Source: Octopus sinensis (taxonomy: Eukaryota). From it: a stretch of 64,000 nt of DNA. Shown in pieces: positions 1 through 12,646 of this stretch. The stretch covers positions 51,708,001 to 51,772,000 of the forward strand of contig NC_043002.1 of NCBI RefSeq assembly GCF_006345805.1. Direction: 5' to 3'. The notes beneath the pieces were generated by a model. The model was not told where the DNA came from, did not search any database, and saw nothing but the letters and a program-made list of their open reading frames with translations. Every line of letters starts with the position of its first letter. The stretch's first letter is position 1. The position numbers and the translations under genes were made by a program.

Positions 1-564
1 GAGCATGGAAAATATTTAAGTCAGTCTATCATAGCTTCCTTGGTAACACACGGGTACTAGATTACGAAGAGTGTACCGAGAAGTTGTTACAGTCTTATGA
101 GAATATCAGATGCTAGATGTCACTCAAAATTCACTTTCTCTACTTCCGCCTCAACTCTTTCCCGCCAAGGCTCGGAGCATTGTGTGATGAGCATGAAGAA
201 AGGCTCCACCAAAATATTACTAAGATGGAGAGAAACTACCAAAGCAAGTGGAACCCCAGCATAATGGATGGTCTTGCGTGACATCCGGGGCAAACTGTCT
301 GCTGTACTATGATTTGTGTGTATTTCATTTCCAAGTAATTTAGTTCCATCAATGTTCTGTATCTATGCTGCTTTTATTTTTCTGTAATATGCTTTTGTAA
401 CAGATGAAATAAACACATTATATTTTGAATTTATATACAGTATAATTAAAATGGGTCATAGGGCAAAACTGTTTAGAAAATTGAATTCACCACATCAAAA
501 TTAGTAAAAAAACAACTATTCACATCCTTGACTCAGAGTAAAAAAAAAATCGTAAAACATTGTT
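1..564 (+). mobile_element. 3' end of a degenerate DNA transposon (SDEHGERFHQD-type transposase family, superfamily unassigned)
   Basis: 117-281 translates MSLKIHFLYFRLNSFPPRLGALCDEHEERLHQNITKMERNYQSKWNPSIM, matching the recurrent MSLKIHFL..SDEHGERFHQDI..MEKRYQG.WN transposase C-terminus. Confidence 0.7.
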
Positions 565-631
565 ATTAAAGTAGATTGGCTTATTCGATAAAGATGCCGA
601 GTAACTACTCTACAATATTTAGTCTCGTCAA

Positions 632-798
632 GGCAGTGAGTTGGCAGAATCGTTATCATGCCGGGTGAAATAGCAGCATTTTATCCATCCTCACATTCTG
701 GGTTCAAATTCGATAAAATAAGTACCAGTTGAGTACTGAGGTCGATATAATCGACTTGCCTACTCTCCTGAAATTGCTAGCCTTGTTCTAATATTTAA
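632..798 (+). mobile_element. SINE family A (GGCGGCGAGCTGGCAGAATCGTTAGC head), internally deleted
   Basis: Head and body match copies at 3813, 29690 and 49330. Confidence 0.75.
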
Positions 799-1212
799 AA
801 CACATATTTAGCTTCGTTCTCTTCGGTGTTCAAATCCTATCGTGGTTGACTTTGGCCTTAATCTTTCCATGGAGACCATATTGTAATATGTTTTTCAAGT
901 GCTGCGTTATTTTAGTCATTTAATATCTACCACCCAAAAATCTTTGATTTTGTGTGAATGGCCAAAATCAATATCAACGAGTACTAGGAATGAGGTTTCT
1001 GCTAAGCCACTCTCCTGATATAGTATAGCGCAATGTATGTTGGCTCTGAGGAATATTTTAGAAGTTACACAAGCCCCCAGCTCTGAGTAGACTGTCTCTG
1101 ACTGTAAAATTGCTGTAAGCTAATAAAAATGATTACGTTCGTTCATCATTCATTACATTCTGTTCTCTCCTGACGCTTTACTCATAAGCACAGATATATT
1201 GAGTTCTACACA

Positions 1213-1281
<69 letters not shown>

Positions 1282-2074
1282 AAGGGTGTTCGGGCTAAAT
1301 TTGACGTTTTTCTAATGTCTCTTTTTTTTTCAGGGAAAATTTGATATATCGGTTAACAATCAACGGCGTTTGAAAGCATAAGGACTAAAGTTGTAGTTGA
1401 GAAAAAGTTAGCTGATATGCGTGGAGGACGGGAAGCCATCTACATTTTGGAAAAGAGTCATCTGTATCATGATGACTCGTGCCGGATATCAAAATTCCGA
1501 CATCATGACTGCTGTTCAAAACTCTGTAAATACTATGAAAGCTGAAAGACATGACATTGACAGCTGAAACGTAAACTGAAAAGTCGATCATTAGGAAAGC
1601 ACGCAGTAGACATTCTAACAGCACCTGCACGCCGGAATTCGTCTCCACATCTTAGAACAGGGTTTAGGATCACTTTAGACGGCAATGGCTGGACAGGATT
1701 GCTGTTGGAAGGTCAAATTTGTGGCAGCTGTATTCAGCACTTTGTCAATTCTTCGGAAAGAGTCAGAAGTTGCTATCGGGGTTTTTCTACAACTTCACCA
1801 GTCCCAATTTTTGGCCTCTTAACTCCCCCGATTGGAATCCCATAGATTACTATATGAGAGGAAGACGCCATTCTGACTGCAAGATACAGTGAGTGCTTCA
1901 TACGCCAGATTCCGGAGCCGTCTTGGGTTCGTGGTGGAAGCAGAGGGAGGCCGCTTTGAATAAAATGTTATCTCCCAGCAATAATCTAGTTGATGTTTTT
2001 TTTTATTTTATGAAATAGTGTTAATTTTGAATGAGTTGTTGTTTTCTCTCCCTTTTATGCAAACTGTCAAATTT

Positions 2075-2075
<1 letters not shown>
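1282..2075 (+). mobile_element. Degenerate Tc1/mariner element (maT/Bmmar1-like)
   Basis: FWPLNSPDWNPIDYY motif near 1810-1860 and terminal RFRSRL..VVEAEGGRFE*. Left end gggtgttcgggctaaatttgac is partly mirrored by tgtcaaatttgc at the right end, which is truncated by (CA)n. Confidence 0.7.
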
Positions 2076-2137
<62 letters not shown>

Positions 2138-2759
2138 GTACATGCTGATATCAATTTTACTTTTCATTCTTCTGAAATTGACCAAATAAAATACCGATCA
2201 CGTACTAGGTTAAGCTTAATCAAATTATTCCTTGCCTCAAAATGTGTAACTTTGTGCCAATGCTAGGGAGCAATGTTGACGAGAAAAGGGGAAGATAAAA
2301 TAATAGAATAAGTCGAGCGTCATCAAAAAATCCTTGCAGTATTTAGTTACATGTCTTCATATTCTGAGTTCAAATCCCGTCAGAGTCGTCATTATCGTTC
2401 ATCTTTCCGGTATCAATAAAATATGCACCAGATAAGTACAAACCTCGATGTATTCAACTGTTCTCTTACTCCAAATCCGGCGCCTTGAATTGTCGAATGA
2501 TAAGAGTGCTGTACAGAATACTTATCGGTTTTTAGTTAAGAACTTATACTAGGTTCAAATCTTTGTCTTTCATCCATCAATGATCGTTCAAAATATGAAC
2601 GAGTCACATCCTGGATCGATTAAACAGTGCATACTTTTAGAATTTAGGGTCCTATAGCATTAAAATTAAAGGTGTCTGAGACTGCTAATAATAATTTGAG
2701 TCAGGTATAAATAAAAGGATTTTAAGCTTAACGTTTTACCGTCACTGGATTGCGGTCAC

Positions 2760-3110
2760 ACTGGGGGGGGGTCCACCTTGAAGGGTTTTGTCGAGAAAAT
2801 CGACCCCTTGTTCTTGTCTTTAAGTCTGGTATTTATTTTATCGATATCTTTTGTTAACTCGCTCGTTAATGGGGACGTAAACAAACCAAAACTGGTTGTA
2901 AATCGGCGAAGAAAGACAATCACAAACGTACACACACACACATACATACACATAAATATTTGATGAGCACCCACTCAGTTTCCTCATACCAAATTGACTG
3001 ACATGGTATTGATCGATCCAGAGCTATAGTAAAGACACTTGCCCAAGATGCTGTGCAGTGGAAGTGAACCTGAAATCACATGGCTGCAAAACAATTCTTG
3101 CGCACTATAC
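2760..3110 (-). mobile_element. SINE family B (GGAGTGGCTGTGTGGTAAG head), degenerate
   Basis: Reverse-complement match to family B body (ggggacgtaaac, gacacttgcccaag). Confidence 0.65.
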
Positions 3111-3624
3111 CAACTATCTCTAATCAGTTAATACAAACCAGATAAAAAACAAACATAGCGAGATTCGAACTTATTATTTTTCAGTCTGCCATTTAAAAAA
3201 AAAAAATTCCATTGCGATAATTAGTGAGTTCCAAGTCAATAATGGTTGCTCCAGGTGGGTTATTCTCAAATGAAAATTATGAAATATTGTTATTTTTTTT
3301 ATAACTGGGAAGACGGAAGCAGGAGCGGAAATTATACATTTCCTTTCTTTGGTATATCTCAACTTCTAGTCACACAACAGGATGTAGAATTATCCTGAGT
3401 CATTGACAAGGGAAAACTATTTTATACCATTTCAGCTTAACATATCAATAAACGCCATCCTTTTCTTTATCTATTTTTGTAATTGCCTCCTTCCTAAAAG
3501 TAGAAAAGTATTCTAATTTGCAATATTCTAAATTTATCATTTGACCTTCGACCTTTCTGGGTCAAACATATTACGTACTAATTTGCTTCTTTTACTTTTT
3601 TCCTTTTCATTATTCTTTTTATTC

Positions 3625-3770
3625 TTTTACTTGTTACAGCACTACCATTAGTGGAACAAATCGATCCGAGGACTTTGTAAGCATGCTACTTATTTTGCCG
3701 AACCGTTAAGTTACGGGGACGTAAACACACCAACATCGGTTGTCAAGCGATGGTGGAGGGACAAACACAG
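3625..3770 (-). mobile_element. SINE family B 3' half
   Basis: gccgaaccgttaagttacggggacgtaaacacaccaacatcggttgtcaagcgatg. Confidence 0.75.
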
Positions 3771-3812
3771 AGGTTTCTGACTGTTTTCAAGTATTATTAA
3801 GGAGCACCTAAA

Positions 3813-4025
3813 GGCAGCGAGCTGGCAGAATCGTTAGCACGCCGGGAAAAAAGCTTAGCGGCATTTCGTCCGTCTTTACGTTCTGAGTTCAAACTCCGCC
3901 GGAGTCGACTTTACCTTTCATCCATTCGGGGTCGATAAATTATGTACCAGTGATACACTAGGTTCGATGTTATCGACAAGTCCCCCTCTCCGAAAACTTC
4001 AGGCCTTGTGTCTTTAGCAGAAAGG
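3813..4025 (+). mobile_element. SINE family A, full length
   Basis: tRNA-like head with gagttcaaa B-box-like motif; flanking ttaaggagc direct repeat is a possible TSD. Confidence 0.85.
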
Positions 4026-4119
4026 GTCATTTAAGGAGCGCCAAGTAATAGAAACCAGTACAGTTTTGAAGAAATACATCACAGTATTAAGTTAAATATC
4101 GTCACAATCTGTATTTAAA

Positions 4120-4300
4120 TCCGCAGCCACGTAGCGTGGTGTGCACTGGGTATGTGGAGCGCAAGGGGCAAAAGCTTTGCATGCACATGTTTGCCGTCGT
4201 CGAAGATACAGTATGTTTAAGGAAGATGGCGGCCAATTTGGTTACGGTACAGTGTGGTCCAAATCCACGCTATGCTGCCGAAATTACGCCGGGTGTAGAC
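4120..4300 (+). promoter_or_regulatory. Candidate promoter / first exon: CpG-rich patch with YY1-type AAGATGGCGGCC and overlapping CCAAT
   Basis: AAGATGGCGGCC at 4223-4234 and CCAAT at 4233-4237; local CpG enrichment in apparently non-repetitive sequence. Confidence 0.35.
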
Positions 4301-4628
4301 TATTATTGCTTTTCATCATCCCAATATATTTAAAATAAGTAGCAGTCGAGCTACAATGATTGATTACAGTGATTGTTCCTTTCACAAAATTTGAGGCATT
4401 GAACCAATGTTGATTTACCATTTTTTGCTTTGTAATAATTTTAATTTTCACTAAGAATAATTCAGCAGCGGAGTACGTTGAGAATGTATGTATGTATGTA
4501 TGTATGTATGTATGTATGTATGTATGTATGTATGTATGTATGTGTGTATGTATGCATGTATGTATGTAAGTATCATTACTCAGTTTTATTTCAAGATAAC
4601 TTACCAATAGAGAGAGAGAAGAGAAGAG

Positions 4629-4666
<38 letters not shown>

Positions 4667-5141
4667 CCGATTTCTAATGTAGATCCAAGGCCCCTTCATA
4701 GGAATTTCAGCATATGCTTTTGCATGTATGTCTGTATATCTGAAGTATTTGGAGTTAGTGCATGGGCAGATTTGTACGTTTTATTTTACATTTATATTCT
4801 AATGTTAATCTTCGAATACAGTATTCAAACAATACTTCTTGGTACTTAGACTGTGGAATCAAATCCTTCAAAATTAATTAAAACTAAATAGTATCTACGT
4901 AGGCGGGACGAGTCTATTGTTATAAGTGACTCACACATCATTTACGTGTGTGTTTACATTAAATTTCACACTAATATTAATCTCAACCAAAAACAGGATG
5001 TTACACAGTCACATACCACTAGTGATCAATTGCAAATGTCAAATTTGCCAATTGTCAGAAACACTGGAAAAGGGAAAATTTTAGGAGTGACGTTTCTAGT
5101 TAAAAGTAGAAAGTTAAGAGGGCCTTCTACTCACAAACACG

Positions 5142-5216
<75 letters not shown>

Positions 5217-5256
5217 ACACACACACACAATGTACATATATATTTCTATACACACC

Positions 5257-5293
<37 letters not shown>

Positions 5294-5506
5294 TTTAATT
5301 AAAAGCAGCAGAAATTCAACAAAATTTTTATCTATAGTTCATCTACTCATCATGTATGGCATATATGCCTGTCGCTTACGTAAGAAAGGGATCGGATATT
5401 TCTTCACACCTACACAACCACTTCACTCAATTCCTTTAATTTTTTCAAGAATATTTTTTTAAATGCAAAAGTTCTGCAACAGAATAAGTGAAACTGTCCC
5501 CCATGC

Positions 5507-5562
<56 letters not shown>

Positions 5563-5564
<2 letters not shown>

Positions 5565-5890
5565 CTACTAGTGTGGAAAATGTCACCGACATCATCAGCA
5601 GCTGCTCCAAAATGTCTATGAGACACTACCTGCCCCTGAGGCATGATATTGTTGCGAAGACTATTTACAATGCTATCCGCATGAAGGACTGCACTGATGT
5701 ACACTTGAAAAGCATGATAGAACCAGCAGGTATTTACACCTTTACAAACAAAGAATACAGGTGGAATACCCCAATAAAAACATCACTTCGGTGCAAACAC
5801 AACAGACCTGATATTTTATGGGACAGGGAACAATGGATGCAAATGTACCATCAAAAATCTAAGATAATGAAAACATTTACGGTGAATTAA
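5563..5890 (+). mobile_element. R4/Dong-like non-LTR retrotransposon fragment (zinc knuckle/RLE endonuclease region)
   Basis: ORF 5573-5890: VTDIISSCSKMS..YLPLRHDIVAKTIYNAI...W.TPIKT...KHNRPDIL. Confidence 0.75.
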
Positions 5891-5959
5891 TGCGGAACTT
5901 ACAGCATACATGATAGCTGTTCAGTTGTGACCGTGGAAGACAGTCACTGACCACTGCCC

Positions 5960-6420
5960 ATACAAAATATCAGCAATGCCCATGCATGTGGTTATTGCAC
6001 CCGCAGTTGGCTTCACCCGGGTTCTCACTCGCAGCTTCCATACTCTCTGCGATCCTCCTACTCAGCCGGGTATCGGAAAGTCGTTTCACCAGCGATTGCA
6101 AGACCTAAATTTTTTAGGCCAATAAAGCTTGCACAGCACCTCACAGACCTTTTCCCACCCTATTGACATTATCCAGAGACAAGCCAGAGCAAGGTAACAT
6201 TGCCAATGTGGGTTGCTGTCTCAGGGATATGGGAGTACTATGATTTCAGGTGCAAGTAAAAGATCCCAAAAATGTTTAATGACATTCCTTACATATCTGG
6301 TTTCATATCAAGGTAACCTTCTCCTAGAGATATGCTATAAGAAAAGCTGAGGGATGCTTCACTTCCAGTGGTCTTCCAACACACCAGACACGAAGCTCGA
6401 ATTTCTGAGGGTCCCTGCTA
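5960..6420 (-). mobile_element. Possible degenerate L1/Tx1-like LINE C-terminal fragment
   Basis: Broken minus-strand frames with C..C..ET..H and LAIAGET-like segments; many stops. Confidence 0.3.
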
Positions 6421-6543
6421 TTGCTAGATAGTCGTTGAACACACACAAGGTTCATCAGTCTTTTTGATAAGTTCTGTTTTTATTCGTGCTCGATTTCTAG
6501 CGACCCACATCGCCAGGCAAGCCCACTGGAGGTGCCGGTTTAG

Positions 6544-6719
6544 TCGCCGACGACCCAAACATGCTACTGATTGTACGGATTCCATCCATGTTACCAGTAG
6601 CATTCTTGTGACCAGGCTATACGTATATATACGCATGTCTTTGATCAATTCCGCAAGTAAGAGTTGGCTTTATGGAGGCAATTATACGGATAAAAATTAA
6701 ATGTAACAACTTGGGTTTG

Positions 6720-6761
<42 letters not shown>

Positions 6762-7052
6762 ATATGTATATATATGTATATATATGTATATATATTATAT
6801 ATATATATATATAGGATTTTTGTCAGTGAACAGGTCGCGGTCTTAAAGCGACGAAAATATTTTGACAAATTAAACTTAAATGTTGAAGTGAATCGAACGG
6901 TTTTGTGTGTTTCTTAAATGGCTTACAAACACCTTCCACGCGGCAATTGTTTTCGTTTCAGCACACGATCTCAGATCAAATCACTTGCTATGCAAGTACA
7001 TCTCTGTAATATATATATATATGTATATGTATATATATATATGTGTGTGTAT

Positions 7053-7095
<43 letters not shown>

Positions 7096-7612
7096 CGTGT
7101 GTGTGTGTTTACGCAGTAGTTGGTGTCGTGTGAAGTTGGCATCAGTGATCAATGTAAATAGTGACGTCATTCATGTAAAGTGGAATGTTTTCAACTGGCT
7201 GAGAAAATGTTGTGAACGTGGCAACGTAAAGGATGCGGAGAGTGATGTTGGGTACCGGGCTAATATGAATTCGGAAGTAGCGGCAGAGTCCAGTCGGAAA
7301 GAAAGATTTCTAAAAAAAAAAAATGAATCATTAGACTGGTGAATAAAAGAAGAGTTCACCAAAAGAAGTCTACACATTTCAGAGGTAAATGAAAGGACTC
7401 TCTAAATTATATTCCATAAATGCTTACTCGCCTCTTAATTAAAGTTCTTTTATTTTGCTTATACTCAACGGTTTTAGTTGTTATTGTCAACTCTTCTGAC
7501 TTATTAAACTACCACCGCTTTCCGCTCTAAACAAGTTGGTTTGCTGAGCTACGGACACATACTGTTGAACCCGTGTTGAGGGTAGCATCGAGAGGCCATA
7601 GGGTTCAGCAAT
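6544..7612 (+). repeat. Left arm of a 7.4-kb inverted repeat (three unique modules separated by microsatellites; contains HHR)
   Basis: 6544-6720, 6812-7010 and 7107-7612 are reverse complements of 13740-13938, 13370-13570 and 12645-13150. Confidence 0.9.
6819..6869 (+). ncRNA. Minimal type I hammerhead ribozyme, G3-C8 core variant
   Basis: tttgtca | GTGAACA | g gtcgc-ggtcttaaa-gcgac | GAAA atat T T | tgacaaa: 7-bp stem I, 5-bp stem II, palindromic stem III loop. Confidence 0.7.
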
Positions 7613-7705
7613 ATATATATATTATATATATTATATATATATATATATACATACGTACGTACGTATACACATATACACACACGAACATATATATTTGGAT
7701 ATGTA

Positions 7706-7758
<53 letters not shown>

Positions 7759-8229
7759 TTATGTTTGCACCTTGTACGTTAACCATTGATAACATTAAAT
7801 GAAACTGATAATGTTTTAGGTTTTTCATGTCATTTAAATTAATGTGACTATTCCGCACTTGTTTTCCGAAAATGGAACGGTTGGGGGCGAGTTTGTGGTG
7901 GGATGGCTCCTATTCTAGCAACCTACGTACTGTCTATTTCACAGTAATGCTTTTTGCAGAATGAAAAAAATACTCCACTTATCACTCAATCCACCTCCGA
8001 CTTCCTCTAAGTTTATACATTACATTTATTCCTTTGAAGTTGCCGCTGGACCTCTACTTTCCCTTTGTCTATATGTCCCTCTATATGTCTCTATCTGTCT
8101 CGCCATCTTCCTCTTGAGAAAAATACGTCAGACAGATAAAAAGAGGGTTAGGGAGAAAAAACAAGCGTGACGGGGGGAGAATGACAGATGACATACATAC
8201 ATACATACATACATACATACATACATACA

Positions 8230-8267
<38 letters not shown>

Positions 8268-8637
8268 TAAAAAGTCAATAAAGAAAAATGGAAACGAAAA
8301 ATTTAAAAGATGCTTGTTTCATTTTATTTGTATTACAATTGGAAAAGTAATGGAAATTAAAAGATAAAAACATATACCTATAAGAACAAATATAAAAGGA
8401 ACCGAAACAAGTATAAAAGGAACCACATCAACAAAATAACCCCCAAATATCCAAAAATATATTCTACATGTGTTTCAATATAACAATATTTTAGAATCAT
8501 TAATAATTGTAACATCTAAAAATGTAGGATCGCTTCAAGAAAAATAAGTATATTTTAGTCTTGAGTTACGAAATGACTTATTTGAGGACTATTAGCTAGT
8601 ATTGACTCATCGAATTTATTTGAAAAAATATATGTAT

Positions 8638-9027
8638 CTTTTATAGAGACTTAGTAATTTTAATATTTCTATTATTGAAAACAAGTGGATGTATTCCACT
8701 GAAACTAGGTAAATATAAGCCTTCGAACAGAGACGTCAGTGGCGACACCTGCGGGGTATGACTGTGCTACATTGACAAGGGGCAATACCCCGAAACGCGT
8801 CTGTAGCTGTCGGACTGGCAGTGTGAAGCGGCTGACCTCCCTTGTTCGAAGGTTATAATGGATACAGATCGTGTATCAATAGCTATCTTAAGGCGGTGGC
8901 CTTATGGAGCTGACCAGCGGCAGCGATTATTCTTATATCTATAAGAATGCCATATTAATATGGCGATAACAATTAATTTCCAGTAAACGCTGTCGTAATC
9001 CTTTTATAGAGACTTAGTAATTTTAAT
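8638..9027. repeat. 27-bp direct repeats flanking a 336-bp HHR-bearing insert
   Basis: cttttatagagacttagtaattttaat at 8638-8664 and 9001-9027. Confidence 0.85.
8766..8807 (+). ncRNA. Minimal type I hammerhead ribozyme, U3-A8 core variant
   Basis: gctaca | TTGACAA | gggg-caata-cccc | GAAA cgcg TC | tgtagc: all helices and core positions present. Confidence 0.85.
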
Positions 9028-9037
9028 TTCTTTATAT

Positions 9038-9105
<68 letters not shown>

Positions 9106-9195
9106 GGGAAAAATTTTTTTAAAAAATGCAGAATGCTCAAATGAAAGAAAATTTTAATAAAATGAGAAATTGACTAAAATATATAAATATATATT

Positions 9196-9237
9196 TATTC
9201 AACCGGTTTTCGTCATTGTATGACTTGTCAAGAATAT
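9196..9237 (-). ncRNA. Hammerhead motif (U3-A8), one extra A
   Basis: Minus strand: atattc TTGACAA gtca-tacaa-tgac GAAA a ccgg tt gaata; downstream of the minus-strand GIY-YIG fragment. Confidence 0.65.
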
Positions 9238-9239
9238 TT

Positions 9240-11400
9240 ATGTTTTTAAAAAAGTTTTTTTAAAACAATTAGAAAGGGGAAAAAAAGAAAATTGCATTGT
9301 TTTTGTAAAAGAATAATGATAAAAATGTACAAAAATTAAAAATAAGTTCTCCGATACATTGTGAGTTCGTTGTGTATCTTGAGTTTTATGGTTGTTACGA
9401 AAAAATTACCTTGAGGTGTTAAGATCCAAAGGGATTAAGAGCATGTGTTGTGTGTAAATTCAGCATGTTTGCAGGACAGGAAGTAGTAGTAATTGTGGTC
9501 CTGGTTCTTCAGTTCCTGTGTTGTGAGTAAGGGGAGACAACTCTTTTGAGTTCTTCAATAAAACCAAATTATAAAATTATCATTTTAGCTTTTGCGTTAT
9601 CTTTTTATATAATTGCTTGTTAACTTAACTTTCAGATTTTAAAACACTTTATTTATATTATTTTCTAATTATATAAATCTGCATAGACAATTGCATTTCA
9701 AATTGTCATATCATTTATAATAAAAATGATAGTAATAACAAACAATAGTAAAAATGATTATTTAAAGAATATAAGTTTAGCTGAAGTGATGAATGCATGG
9801 TATCTTTATATATTTGTGTTAGTCCATCCATGAAGAGTGAGGTAGTAGAGAAAGGAAGTTTGATCAACGAGGAGTTTGCATATTAAGTTGTGTTGGAATT
9901 TTTCAATAAAGAGATTCTCCTTGTTAATTCTCTCCTGTGTGGTGATCCCGTCTTTACATTGGTAGAAGGGGAATATATAGATTTGGGGTTTAGTCTTTAG
10001 TACATGAGTCTAAGTGGTCACTCAGTGGAATTTGTCGTTAATTCCGGGAGATGAGATTTATGGTTCTTTTAAGCAACCGTTACTCGTTACGTAACGGGAG
10101 ACCTCTTTGTCCAACATAATTATGTTGGCACCAGCGCATGTTGTGAGAACGTAGATAAGGTTCTCGAGGAGAACAGCGAGAAGTTTAGTCTTGATTTTAA
10201 ACTTCGTACCTTGTTTGAAGGTAAATTCAGAGCCTTCAAGTAGAAAGGGGCAGGGTACCACAGTTTGAGCGTGCACATTTTTTTACTGTGGGGGTGGATG
10301 TGGTGTGTGAAGTTTGGCATTTGTCAAGAGTTTTTTTAAAGATTTGTGTTGCCTTTTGCATTTGAGGATTTTGTGTGTATTTATAATGTTTTTCATTTTG
10401 GGTTGTTGACAGTAGATGAGGTTTTGTATGATTGTGGTGTATGCTTCGATATTTTTGGGGTTGTGGGTGGAAATGTATGGAAGTATTTTGAGGTTGTGTG
10501 TGGTGTTAGGTTGGGTGGTTTTCAGTGTAGTTTGTCTAGGTTCTTGGCGGTTTTATTCCATACTCTATAAGGGTGGAGGGATATTGGACGTTGTAATAGT
10601 GTGTATTTTTGAGGTCTTGAAGGCGTATTTCTCGTGTTTTTGGACCGAGACAATGGTGCATACCCTTTTGGCTAAAATTGAAGGGATATTTGTCTTGGTG
10701 TGTTTTGGGTGCATGAACTAAAGGAGGAGTAGGTTGTGAGAGCTGTAGGTTTGTGGTAGATGTCTGTTATGATTTCGTTCTTAGGTGTTTTTATAATTAG
10801 GAGATCAAGGAATGGGAGATGAGTTTGCTTACTTCCATAGTGAATGGATGTTGGGATGTATTTGTTAGTATGGTTTTGAATTCCAGGAGTTTTTCATAAG
10901 GTTCTTTCCCATATAATGAAACAATCATCTAAAATACCTTTTCCAGTTTTCCATTAGGTAGGTGTGTGGAAAACATGTCCAAATTTTCTGGCTTGATATT
11001 TCATAGAGTGACAGTTCGAAGTAACCATTATGAGGTTCGCAGACTTGGCAGCCTTGGTACCCATCGCCAATGCCCACATTTTTGACGTAGTGTGTGTCAT
11101 CAACCTCTACATACATGCCAAGAATGAAACAGTCATCTAGATATCTCTTCCAGTTGTTTTCTATGTAGATGAGAGAAAGGACTGCCATATCTTTCTAGAA
11201 CCTACGATACAGACTGATCTCTAGATTATCCTATGAATAGGTTGGCAAAGGAGGGGGCATTCGTTGTACCCATCGCCAGTCCCCGATTTTGTCGGTAGAA
11301 GTTGTCATGAAGGCGAAGAAGTATTTTCCAGGATGATTAACCCCTTCTATCACGAATTCTTTTGATGCGATGTGGTAGTTCGTTGGCGTGATTCTCTAGC
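9240..11400 (-). mobile_element. Degenerate Penelope-like element(s): RT/thumb fragments, GIY-YIG endonuclease and 3' UTR
   Basis: WKRYLDDCFI (ORF 10925-11188); GIY-YIG CARSNCG..ENLIYVLT..YVGQ..QIPLSDHLDSC..FPFYQC..ENLFIEKF at about 9885-10300. Confidence 0.85.
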
Positions 11401-11419
11401 TAGATGGGGGATATGCGAT

Positions 11420-12560
11420 TATCTAATTGAGGAATCAGAGTTCTCCTTCAAACAGGGACAAACGGTTTACAGTGAAAAGCAACTTCACATGTACTTCGGA
11501 GAACCTAATATACTCACGACCTGCTCGGGTGTCAAGAGCAGTACATAGGCCCAACCAAAAAATAGTTTGCGTAAAAGAAATGGCCCTGCACAGATCCATG
11601 ATAAAAAAATCCCCAAAACAGAAAAATAGCTTTCAGCCAACACATAGATACTTGCGCCAACAACAAAACCCCAGGCTTCAGGATTTTCCCCCGCTACCAA
11701 TTTAGGGACGATACAACTCGAGACAACGAATAAGTAAAGAAACTCTCTTTATCACAAAATACAGGCCAATCTTAACGGGTCTACGACAAATATACTTCAA
11801 CTTTGAATAAAAGAAATACACACACAAATATTACATTCCAAAGAATCCATTACAAATCAACCCAATCACAGCTATAATCCATTACCTCCAACTTCAAGTC
11901 ATACAACACCTCACTACTTTCACCCATCATATTCTCCCTTCTCTTTTTTCTCCTTTTTTCTCCTTCTTCCTCTTCTCTTCATCATCATCATTATCATCAT
12001 CATCGTTATCATTCATCACCATCATCATCATCTTCTTCTTCTTCTTATATCATCATCATCATCATCAACATCGTCATCATCTTCTTCTTTCTTCTTATTT
12101 TCTTCTTCTTCTCCACCTTCTACCTCTTAACTTTATCACTAATGCTTTTAGTTACTATAACACCTACCGCAAATTCCATAAATAACCTTTCATAGAAATA
12201 TTCTCCTGAATTGAACTGCAACTGCTAGCCGCCACTGACCATTCAAAATACGACCATCAAGGCACTCCCAAATTTTTCCAACCTCTCTCCTCATCAACAT
12301 TCTCTTCTTATAGCCTACCAAGAATTACACAACTGCCTTGAAACACAAGAGCAAAACAAGGGAGAAGAGAAAGGCAGAATGCAACTTATATTGAACACTA
12401 TACAAATTTCCTTTAAAAAGACGTTTTCTTCTAATTTTCTCTAAAATTTAATTATTTAATCGTTACAGTTGAAAAGGTCTAAATGATCGAAACCGGTACT
12501 GAAATGTTCTTATAAAATTATTTAGCATTGTCTTTTTTGACTTGTTTTTCATATATATCA
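11420..12560 (+). mobile_element. PLE GIY-YIG fragment plus 3' UTR/pseudo-LTR
   Basis: RFTVKSNFTCTSENLIY..CSGCQEQYIG; the 3' part is the reverse complement of 30070-30830. Confidence 0.8.
12466..12501 (+). ncRNA. Minimal hammerhead motif (U3-A8)
   Basis: cag TTGAAAA ggtc-taaat-gatc GAAA ccgg TA ctg. Confidence 0.7.
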
Positions 12561-12588
12561 CTCGTGTGTTCCTTTTCACCCTATATAC

Positions 12589-12644
<56 letters not shown>

Positions 12645-12646
<2 letters not shown>

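Noticed and set aside
2778-2963. Signal-peptide-like ORF MKGFVEKIDPLFLSLSLVFILSISFVNS
   Set aside because: It is the antisense reading of a SINE B body.
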